63,198 bases of DNA, from the IMG/VR virus record IMGVR_UViG_3300045929_000106, positions 1 to 63,198 of that record, one strand, 5' to 3'. Source of the DNA: a virus. Its lineage: Duplodnaviria > Caudoviricetes. The position numbers and the translations under genes are program-made. Below the pieces are notes generated by a model. It had not been told where the DNA came from and ran no database searches. It was given only the letters and a program-made list of their open reading frames with translations. This document shows positions 8,700 through 16,339 of this stretch, one piece after another (the first letter of the stretch is position 1; every line of letters starts with the position of its first letter).

Positions 8700-8901
8700 G
8701 GCGCGGCCTGCCGGGGCGTGGTTCGGCAGGGCGGGGTATGGCATGGCGTGGCAAGGCGAGGCATGGCAAGATGTGGCGTGGCAAGCCAAGATCTGGCGCG
8801 GTCTGATCGGGCGCGGCGGGGCTTTGGCGAGGCCCGGTTGGGCACGGCGTGGACGGGCGAGGCAAGGTTTGGCCTGGGTGGGGCAAGGCAAGGCATGGAT
8901 A
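8700..8901 (+). ncRNA. (GGY-NN)n pentamer array, putative guide RNA for the adjacent RAMP-like protein
   Basis: 40 pentamers starting at the first base after the stop codon; 33 begin GGC or GGT; last two bases variable; single-base register shifts at 8825 and 8876. The repeat is certain, the RNA role is inferred. Confidence 0.7.
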
Positions 8902-8973
8902 CCTTATTAAGGTTTAACTTAAACTGCCACGCCCGGTTTCTTTTTTTCGGGGCGGGTGGCTCACCGGATGAGC
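8901..8973 (+). other. Stacked inverted repeats after the array (RNA 3' handle or terminator)
   Basis: ACCTTA-T-TAAGGT (8901-8913), GTTTAA-C-TTAAAC (8912-8924), GCCAC/GCCC...GGGC/GTGGC around a T-rich loop (8926-8960), GCTCA-5-TGAGC (8959-8973). Confidence 0.5.
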
Positions 8974-8986
8974 CAGTGGAAAATTC

Positions 8987-9166
8987 ATGACGATCTTCAG
9001 TGTCAGGAAAAACAAAACGAGGTTCCCGGGCGTGGCCGAGGACATGCCGGATCACGTGCTGGTGTTCGGCCCCAAGGAGCAGGCCGAGCTGGTGGCCGAG
9101 CGGTTGTCCGCGCACTACGAAGGCTGCGGCGGGATCTTCTACGTGGTGAAGGAGGACCGGCCATGA
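8987..9166 (+). CDS. Hypothetical protein (59 aa)
   Basis: Hand-read MTIFSVRKNK...; ATGA overlap. Confidence 0.5.
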   Translation: MTIFSVRKNKTRFPGVAEDMPDHVLVFGPKEQAELVAERLSAHYEGCGGIFYVVKEDRP

Positions 9167-9399
9167 CGGACAACGATCTGCGCAGGTATGTGGGCGCGGC
9201 GGCGACGGAGGCCGCCCCCGAGCTGGACGCCATCACGGAGAAATCGATTCGGAAGTACGGTCTCGACTCGATGGACGGCGAGTGGCTGGTGCGGGTGGGG
9301 TTCGCCCTGAATGACGTGCAGATCGCCAGCTTCTATCTGGGGGTCACGGCGGCCAGCAGGCTGCTGATGACCCTGGCGGAAGCCGAGGAGCCCCGGTGA
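9163..9399 (+). CDS. Hypothetical protein
   Basis: ATG 9163 after AAGGAGG. Confidence 0.6.
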   Translation: MTDNDLRRYVGAAATEAAPELDAITEKSIRKYGLDSMDGEWLVRVGFALNDVQIASFYLGVTAASRLLMTLAEAEEPR

Positions 9400-9566
9400 G
9401 TCCCGAGAAGGAGAAGCTGCTCCTGGACGCGATGTGGGGCCTCTTCACCACTCTGGAGTACGTGGTGGGAGAGTTCACGGACGGAATGGGCAGGCTCGCG
9501 GGCCCGGTGAAGCAGAAGCTGGACGATCTCAAGAGCGCCCTGACGGAGCTGGAGACCATGGAGTGA
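9396..9566 (+). CDS. Hypothetical protein (56 aa)
   Basis: GTG start after GAGGAG; GTGA overlap. Confidence 0.55.
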   Translation: MSPEKEKLLLDAMWGLFTTLEYVVGEFTDGMGRLAGPVKQKLDDLKSALTELETME

Positions 9567-9638
9567 CGTTTGACTCCCTTGGGGTTGATTTGTAACCATG
9601 TGGGTGGCTTTTCTTTTTTGGGGGACGGACACACACAC

Positions 9639-9857
9639 ATGACGACAGACGAGCGGTTGGAGTTCTTGAGGCAGTCCACGGAGTCGCTGCATGCAAGCTG
9701 CCAGGAGCTACATGCAGCGGCGCAGGCGCAGGCTGCGGAGACAAGGGCGCGGCTGGACCGCCAGGACGCCCGCGAGCGCAAGCTGCGCGCTGCCCTGATG
9801 GCAGGCATGGCGGAGTTCCTGCGGGAGCTGAGCGACGAGGGCGAGGAGAACCAGTAA
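9639..9857 (+). CDS. Short coiled-coil protein
   Basis: MTTDERLEFLRQSTESLHAS...; resembles short coiled-coil proteins I associate with Acidobacteria. Confidence 0.6.
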   Translation: MTTDERLEFLRQSTESLHASCQELHAAAQAQAAETRARLDRQDARERKLRAALMAGMAEFLRELSDEGEENQ

Positions 9858-10069
9858 TGGGACTCGCGTTCCAGATCGCGTTGGGGCTGATGTTGTTCTT
9901 CGGGATGGCGCTTTTTTGTGGAATTTTCATGGCGTTCGCCGTAACAGCGATAGCGGCGCTTAAGGCAAGACCGGACAAGCCGGAGCCGGTGAGCCACGAG
10001 CCCAGGTACTGGTCCCCCGCGCCGAAGCTACCGCGCGCCATGAGCGGCCCCGGCCCGCTCTATCGTTAA
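9857..10069 (+). CDS. Small membrane protein
   Basis: Long N-terminal hydrophobic segment. Confidence 0.6.
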   Translation: MGLAFQIALGLMLFFGMALFCGIFMAFAVTAIAALKARPDKPEPVSHEPRYWSPAPKLPRAMSGPGPLYR

Positions 10070-10073
10070 AGGG

Positions 10074-11795
10074 TTACTGTGGCGGTTTCGGAATACCGGT
10101 GGCGCGCTCCAGATCTCTGAGCGCTTTAACAATCTCAGGGATAGCCTGCTCCGCGCTGCGGCCTTCCCGGCCACTTTTTATCTCGCTCTTTGGCTTATAG
10201 CCCCTATGGCCTGGATGCGCCTGCTTAATGTGGGCGTTCTGCTTGTCTAGCGGCATCCCCTCGAAATCACTGGAACTAATACCTCTCGCGTTCAAGTCAG
10301 CGGCAACCCTCTGGTTTTTCGCGGCAGCGTCTGCCGCTCTCTGGTCGAGAAGCGCGGCCTCGTGTTCGGATACCTGTCTGTTGCCGCTGCCCCTTGACTG
10401 TTGCTGCTGCCTCCACTGCTCGTTTTCTATCCGTAGCTGCTCAGCATCGGCCTTGGCTCTCATGGCTTCAGCTTCAGCTTCCATCCGCATCTTATTGAGT
10501 ACTTGGTTGGCCTTCTGGTCTACTGTCGATGACCCGGCGGTCTCCTCCGGCGGCGCGGGCATCCCTTCTTCCGGCGGCTTCGGCATACCCCTTCCACTCT
10601 GCCTGCGCGGCGGCCCATAAGAACGGGACTGCTGCGCCGTGGGCCCGCCAAAGCGCATCTTGGCCTTCATTTTGGGGTTGACCTCAAACTTCTGACCGGG
10701 AGGACGGGGCGGCGGGGTATACGCTCCGCCAGTGGGAGGCGGCGACCCCTGCGGATGCAACGGCTCGGTGGGGGCGGTCCAGCCGGTGGGCCCCTGCGGC
10801 CTGCCGGGTCCGTACTCCGGCTCCGCCGGTCCACCATACTTCATCTTGCGGCTAGTGGCTGGGTTAGGCTTGAATGGATCGGGAGCTTTAGGCTGCGACG
10901 GCGTGGGAGCAGCCTCTGGTTTCGGAGTCCACTTACCACGAGGAATATTTGTGCCAGGAGGATTATAAGTTGGAGGCGCTGACCCGCCAAACTCCATCTT
11001 GCGTGCTGTCGCGGGATTAGTCTTAAATGGCCCAAAAGGAGTTGGACTTCCGGCAGGTAGCTCTGGAGAGATTGCAGTCCTGGCTCCCCTGTAAACGCCC
11101 CGTATGGTGCTCGGAGCCGCCCCGAGTGCTCCGCCATACATAGCGCCCTCTCTGCCGCCCATTAACCACCCCAGGCCGCTGCCTATCAGCGCTGGAGCCC
11201 CCGTCTTTTTGGCGTCGAGGAATGCCTCTAGGCCACCAAGCGTGCCACCCTGAATAGCTTTGCCGGTAGTAGTCACCGCTCTGCCAACAGGTCGCGCCAC
11301 CCGAGGCGTTGCCTGTACTGCTGGTCTATACAGAAATGGAGCTAAAGCAATCAGGCTATGTGCGGCTCCGGCTCCAGTGTTGCCTGAGCCAAACTCTTCT
11401 CCCGCTACAACCGCTTCGTCGCCGCTGCCGGGAATCATGGCCGAGAGCGCGGTCCCGAAAGCCGTTGAATAATCTTTGTTGGCAATAGCCTCTTTTGTCC
11501 GTTCCGCTTTATCCCCTGCCGATTCCCACATGGACTGAACTGGATGCCCACTGGCAAACTCCATAAACTGAGTAGGAGCGTTGCGGAGAAAGCCCCCCAT
11601 TACACTCCAGAAGGTAGGATCATCCTGGGACAATGGAGGCTGGAGTCCAGCCGTAAAGGAGGCAAACCCTTCATCGGAGAGCGAGGCGATATCAGGATCT
11701 CCCATCGCCGCCGCCAGTGCTTGTTTCTTGGCAGAGGGACTTAGCGCCTGATAATCGGGGTCTGCAAAGATGCCGCTGATCTTACTTTCCGCCAT
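10074..11795 (-). CDS. Internal virion/DNA-ejection-type protein
   Basis: 573 aa, Gly/Ala/Pro-rich, internal repeats F(K/E)xNPxxxxKMxxGG; last gene of the virion operon. Confidence 0.55.
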   Translation of the reverse strand: MAESKISGIFADPDYQALSPSAKKQALAAAMGDPDIASLSDEGFASFTAGLQPPLSQDDPTFWSVMGGFLRNAPTQFMEFASGHPVQSMWESAGDKAERTKEAIANKDYSTAFGTALSAMIPGSGDEAVVAGEEFGSGNTGAGAAHSLIALAPFLYRPAVQATPRVARPVGRAVTTTGKAIQGGTLGGLEAFLDAKKTGAPALIGSGLGWLMGGREGAMYGGALGAAPSTIRGVYRGARTAISPELPAGSPTPFGPFKTNPATARKMEFGGSAPPTYNPPGTNIPRGKWTPKPEAAPTPSQPKAPDPFKPNPATSRKMKYGGPAEPEYGPGRPQGPTGWTAPTEPLHPQGSPPPTGGAYTPPPRPPGQKFEVNPKMKAKMRFGGPTAQQSRSYGPPRRQSGRGMPKPPEEGMPAPPEETAGSSTVDQKANQVLNKMRMEAEAEAMRAKADAEQLRIENEQWRQQQQSRGSGNRQVSEHEAALLDQRAADAAAKNQRVAADLNARGISSSDFEGMPLDKQNAHIKQAHPGHRGYKPKSEIKSGREGRSAEQAIPEIVKALRDLERATGIPKPPQ

Positions 11796-13770
11796 ACTTC
11801 TTCTTCAGCCGCTCGATCTTTTGAGCTTCCGTTTCGTTTCCCGGCGGAGGGGTCAGGCCCGCAGGAGGCGGTTCCCCGTGCGCCTTACTGGGATCGGCCC
11901 CCCCCATCCGTACCGCCCCAGGCCGGTTCGCCCCCATCTTGGAGTAGGTCTCCACCCACTTAGTCAACTCCGTCACGGCTGACCTGAGAGTGGCGGCGTC
12001 CATCCGGCCAGCGTTCGACAGCGCGTTGAAGTGCTCCATCATGGCGTTCGATCCGCCGCGCGCATGGACGCGGACCAGCGCGGTATCGAGCATCTGCACC
12101 GCCGTCCGCAGCGCGGTGTAACGGTCATCGCCAGCGCCAATCTTGCCGGTCCTGAAGTCATTCCAGCGGGAAGCGATGACGCCCAGGTCGCCGGTCTTTT
12201 CCAGATCGTTGATCGCGCTCTGGATACCGGGGATGTGCTGCATCACGGTCTGCGCGAAGGTGGCGGCGTCCCTGGTGGAGGAGCTGAGCGGAGCAGGACG
12301 TGGGGCCGGAACGGGAATACGGGTACGCGGCTGGCTGCCTGACGCTACTGGCGGCTGAGCGCCTCCAGGAGCAGGAGCGCCGGGAGTGGTGGCCGGAGAA
12401 GCTGCCGGAGGAGTTCCGCCACTTGTGGGCGGAGGACCCCCAGGTTGCTGGTTCGGCAGTAGTTTCTGGCCCCTGGTTTCAGTTGGCACAAACACCGTCA
12501 CTTCATTGCCGTACTCATCTACTGTGCGGACCTTGGTGACCTGTTGCCGCACCTGCTCCAACAAAGCCGGGTCTACGATCTCTGCGCCGCCAATTTCATG
12601 CTGAACCTTGGTGACAGTGCCTCGCCGGTCAATCGAAGCCAGCACGGGACCGGCATTGGTAAGGTATCGATGCGTGGTAGTGCGTGGCGAGCTGGTGACA
12701 AAACGGATCTGCGGCTGTCCGTCATTACCAACACCCTGTTGCTGCCGGTATGCGCCGTACTTAGTGCGGTCTATGAGGCGTCCCTCCGGGTCCATAGCGC
12801 CTTCCGGCAACTGGTCGTTGAAGATCTCGCTCGCGGGCAGGTTCATCGGGCGGGACAGGTTGCTAATCGACCCCTGAATACCCATGGCCCTAGCGATGAT
12901 CTCGCTTCTCTGCAGCGGCGGCAGCTTGTCGAAGTCAGGAACCTGCTGCTTCAGGTTGGCGATAACCTTCTGCGTCTGCTCCCACTCGGCGGCGTTCTTC
13001 TGCCGCAGGATCGTGGCGGCCTTCGCGCCTTCCATCTGGCCCAGCGCAGTACCTACCTCCTCCTGCGTCCGGTCCTGCTCCCAGACCGGCGGCGGAATCA
13101 GAACGCGCGGCTTGGCCTGGGCGGTGACTGCAGGACCCGGCCCCCACCCGGCCCCGCTATTCACCGAGCCAACCTTCATCATCGCCGCTGGCGCGGGCGC
13201 TACCTGCGGAGGAGTCCCGGCTACAGCCTCGTTGGGAGCAGGGCCTGCCGGTGGCGCTGCCCCGCTAGAAGGGTTTGGCGGCGGCCCTCCCGGCGGCTGC
13301 TGCTGTGGAGCTTGCTGCGGCGCGGGTTTGCTGGCCATCTGCGCCGCTGCCTTGATCGCCTCCAGTTGCATCGGTGACGCCATGGACATGAGGTCAGCCT
13401 GCTGCTGCGGCTGCATCATGCTCGCCTGCGGGGGCTGGGGCATGCCGCCGCCCTGGAAGGACGGGGTGCCCGAGGTCTTGGGGGCCATCTCCATGGCCGC
13501 CGCCGCTCCGCGTTTCGCCTGCTCCGCCTCCCACTCCGGCTTGGTCTGGTCGATGTGGAACTGGTAGAGGCTCGCCAGATCCTTGGAGAGATAGCCGAGC
13601 TTGGCCGCCACCTTCAGGGCATCGCTCACCCGTTGCGGGCTGAAGCGGGACGCGGACCCGTTCTTCAGGTAATCGTCAATGGGCGACATGACGATCTCCT
13701 TGCTGGCGTTGCGCGCGTCCTCCGAGTGCTCCATGTGCCTGCCGATTAGTGCTCCAATGATGCCGCCCAT
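11782..13770 (-). CDS. Internal virion/DNA-ejection-type protein
   Basis: 662 aa, P/Q/A-rich; position typical of podovirus ejection genes. Confidence 0.55.
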   Translation of the reverse strand: MGGIIGALIGRHMEHSEDARNASKEIVMSPIDDYLKNGSASRFSPQRVSDALKVAAKLGYLSKDLASLYQFHIDQTKPEWEAEQAKRGAAAAMEMAPKTSGTPSFQGGGMPQPPQASMMQPQQQADLMSMASPMQLEAIKAAAQMASKPAPQQAPQQQPPGGPPPNPSSGAAPPAGPAPNEAVAGTPPQVAPAPAAMMKVGSVNSGAGWGPGPAVTAQAKPRVLIPPPVWEQDRTQEEVGTALGQMEGAKAATILRQKNAAEWEQTQKVIANLKQQVPDFDKLPPLQRSEIIARAMGIQGSISNLSRPMNLPASEIFNDQLPEGAMDPEGRLIDRTKYGAYRQQQGVGNDGQPQIRFVTSSPRTTTHRYLTNAGPVLASIDRRGTVTKVQHEIGGAEIVDPALLEQVRQQVTKVRTVDEYGNEVTVFVPTETRGQKLLPNQQPGGPPPTSGGTPPAASPATTPGAPAPGGAQPPVASGSQPRTRIPVPAPRPAPLSSSTRDAATFAQTVMQHIPGIQSAINDLEKTGDLGVIASRWNDFRTGKIGAGDDRYTALRTAVQMLDTALVRVHARGGSNAMMEHFNALSNAGRMDAATLRSAVTELTKWVETYSKMGANRPGAVRMGGADPSKAHGEPPPAGLTPPPGNETEAQKIERLKKKYGGK

Positions 13771-13773
13771 AAA

Positions 13774-14565
13774 TTACCCCCTCTTAGGATAGGGAACATG
13801 ACTTGAGATATCGCCCATGAGCTGGCTGCCCAGGGTGGTCGCCATGTTCATCGCCTGCCCGTGCTCCGCCACATCCTGACCCCGGCCTTCCATCAGGCTC
13901 TTGAGCGCCATGTCGAAGAAGTTCTGGCCGAGCTTGGACACGTCGATGCCGATGGAGCTGAGCCACGTCGAGAGCTGCCCCTGGATTCCGGCGATGTTGC
14001 CCTGCTGACCGGCAATCTGGTTCTTCGTCTGCGCGATGGTGTTGAGCTGCTGGGCGGCGGCGGGCTGCAACTTGAACAACTGCTCGTTGACCTCGCGCGC
14101 GTGCGCCGCCGGGGCCCCGGCCTGGACGGTGGCGGAGTACCCGCCCCGTGGCATGTTGTAGCCCGCGCCGGTCTGCACGTTGGCCCAGTTGAGCCCGCTC
14201 TGCGTGGCGTAGGGGCTGATGGCCTCGTTCATGGTCTTCTGGTCGCCCGAGAGCAGCTTCGACCAGTAGCTCTCGGCGGGGCTGAGCGTCGACAGCGCCC
14301 CGCGCGTGGTGCCGAGCGCCTCGTTGCTGGTGTCGCCAGCCGTGTTGAAGCCCTGCACGCCAGCGCTGGTCAGCCCCTGCCCGAAGTCGAAGGTGGCGGG
14401 TCCCTGCGTCAGCCCGTAGTTCTGGGCCGAGCGCATGGTCTGGGTGAGCGAGTTGCCGCCCAGGTTCTGCGTGGCGACGGGCCCCATGAACCTGTTGTCT
14501 GCCCCGAGGCCCTTGGTGTTGATGGTAGGGTTCCGGGGATTCTGTCCGGTAAGCTGGGGGAACAT
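13774..14565 (-). CDS. Internal virion/DNA-ejection-type protein
   Basis: Q/G/A/N-rich, 263 aa; GGAGG RBS. Confidence 0.55.
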   Translation of the reverse strand: MFPQLTGQNPRNPTINTKGLGADNRFMGPVATQNLGGNSLTQTMRSAQNYGLTQGPATFDFGQGLTSAGVQGFNTAGDTSNEALGTTRGALSTLSPAESYWSKLLSGDQKTMNEAISPYATQSGLNWANVQTGAGYNMPRGGYSATVQAGAPAAHAREVNEQLFKLQPAAAQQLNTIAQTKNQIAGQQGNIAGIQGQLSTWLSSIGIDVSKLGQNFFDMALKSLMEGRGQDVAEHGQAMNMATTLGSQLMGDISSHVPYPKRG

Positions 14566-14605
14566 AGCACCTCCATTATCGGCAGCGGGTTCCCGCGCCT
14601 ATTTG

Positions 14606-16339
14606 TTACTTCACCAGTGTCAGTCTCTGGGCCAGGAGCGCCCGGTCCTGCGCCACGGACTCCGGCTCCCAGCCGAGCGCGTACACCTCGTCCATCTCTG
14701 CGCCGGTTGAGAAGTGCTCGTGGCGCACGCGGGCCCGCTCGCACCAGACGTACTTCCCCAAGGCTTTGGCCCGCTCCGTCAGCTCGTTGTCGCAGCCCAC
14801 ATGCCGGTAGCCCAGGTGGAAGAACTCCCCGCCGATGTATGGGAGTAGCTTCTTCCCCGCCAGCCAGTGGGTCGCAACCACGCCGTGCCACTGCCCGTCG
14901 TTGAGCGCCACCAGCCCATCGAGCTGCGGGAAGGACTCCAGCATCTGCAGCACGGCGACGATCAGGAAGCCCTCCTCCGGCACGCAGTCGTTGCCCAGAA
15001 ACATCACCAGCTCACCCGTGGACTCCTCCACCCCTTCCTTGAGCAGGCGCGGGACGCCCTGGCGCTCGATGAAACTGTCGCGCTTCACGATCACCTCGTA
15101 GTCCGGGTAGTTGGCGTGCGCCTCGATGGCGGCGAGCAGCCGCTCCAGCTTCTCCTGGCGGCCCAGCGTGGGGACAATGATCGAGACTCGTGGCAGGTTG
15201 ATATAAAACCGGGCATCGTGCAGGATTTTTTTGGCGGCGGGCTGGAAAGCCAGGGCCTTGCGCCAGTGGAACGCCGAGCCCTCGCGGTCCCCGAGCCACC
15301 ACTTGGCCCAGTAGAGCAGCTCGTGGGGCAGCTCGCGGTAGTGCTCCATGTGGTTCGCATAGAAGTCGGACCACGGGATCTCCAGGGCGGCGGCGGCATA
15401 GCAGGCGGTGCGCTGGCGGTCCCCCTTCTTCCACCAGTGCTGGGCCAGACGCAGCAGCGCCTCCCGGCGTCCGGGGTCCAGGGCGAACGCCGCGTGCCAC
15501 TGTTCGACGGCGCGGTCCTCCTCCTCGATTGCGAGCCAAGCGTCCCCGATAAAAATCATGGACTGGGCTCGCTCGGTGAGCCACCGGTTCATGGCGATGT
15601 GCCGCGTCAGCTCCTTGATGGCGGCGCGCGGGCGGCCTGACCACAGCAGCTCCCGCCCCAGGTAGTGGCTGTTGCGGTCATTGTCCGGGTTGAGCCAGCA
15701 GTCGTAGGCAAGCCCCGCCAGATAGCGGGCCCGGTGGTCCTGCGGCTGCTGCCAATGTTCCAGCCGGATCGCGTCCGTGTAGAAGCGCTCGGCCTCGCCC
15801 TGCAGCACCTCGTGAACTACGCCTGCCCAGTGGAGCTTGCGCCGGTCATAGAACTTGCAGTGCCGGAACTGGATCTCCGGTCTGCCCTCCGCGTCATGCG
15901 AAAACACAAACTGGTATTCCAGTTGGGTGTAGCCGTCTGCGATGATGCGCTCTACCGTATCGAGGTCCAGCACAGTGTAAGCCTCGTCGCAGTCGGGCAT
16001 CGCCACCATGTCGTTGCTCGCGAGAGACGCGGCGTAGTTGCGCGCGGCGCAGTAGTCGAACAGGCGGCTGCCGCCCTTGACCACCGGTTGCTCGCCCGCG
16101 CCGAAGAACCGGTTGATGTTGATCGCCATGGCGCCGGTGATCGTGGTCAGGAAGCGCTCGCCAACCCCGTAGGCTGTGCAGCCAAGCTTGCGGGCGACCA
16201 GTATCGTGTCATCGGTGGACCCGGTGTCGACCAGGACGATCTCGCCCCCGCGCCGCTGGAACTCCGCGAGGGATTCCACCAAGCGTGGCAGGGTCTTGGC
16301 CTCGTTGCGAGCTATCAATACCACGCTGAAGCTAACCAT
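14606..16339 (-). CDS. Glycosyltransferase: GT2-TPR-GT2
   Basis: SVVLIARNEAKTL...VDTGSTDDT, DxD (DCD), central TPR-like helices, second GT-A domain SIIVPTLGR...LGNDC. Confidence 0.85.
   Translation of the reverse strand: MVSFSVVLIARNEAKTLPRLVESLAEFQRRGGEIVLVDTGSTDDTILVARKLGCTAYGVGERFLTTITGAMAININRFFGAGEQPVVKGGSRLFDYCAARNYAASLASNDMVAMPDCDEAYTVLDLDTVERIIADGYTQLEYQFVFSHDAEGRPEIQFRHCKFYDRRKLHWAGVVHEVLQGEAERFYTDAIRLEHWQQPQDHRARYLAGLAYDCWLNPDNDRNSHYLGRELLWSGRPRAAIKELTRHIAMNRWLTERAQSMIFIGDAWLAIEEEDRAVEQWHAAFALDPGRREALLRLAQHWWKKGDRQRTACYAAAALEIPWSDFYANHMEHYRELPHELLYWAKWWLGDREGSAFHWRKALAFQPAAKKILHDARFYINLPRVSIIVPTLGRQEKLERLLAAIEAHANYPDYEVIVKRDSFIERQGVPRLLKEGVEESTGELVMFLGNDCVPEEGFLIVAVLQMLESFPQLDGLVALNDGQWHGVVATHWLAGKKLLPYIGGEFFHLGYRHVGCDNELTERAKALGKYVWCERARVRHEHFSTGAEMDEVYALGWEPESVAQDRALLAQRLTLVK

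Noticed and set aside
8700-8901. Classical CRISPR array
   Set aside because: No 23-47-bp repeats with unique spacers here or anywhere else in the window
8650-9115. ORFs called across the pentamer array on both strands (77-147 aa)
   Set aside because: Low-complexity translations of a 5-nt repeat; a period of 5 is incompatible with codon structure and no RBS is present
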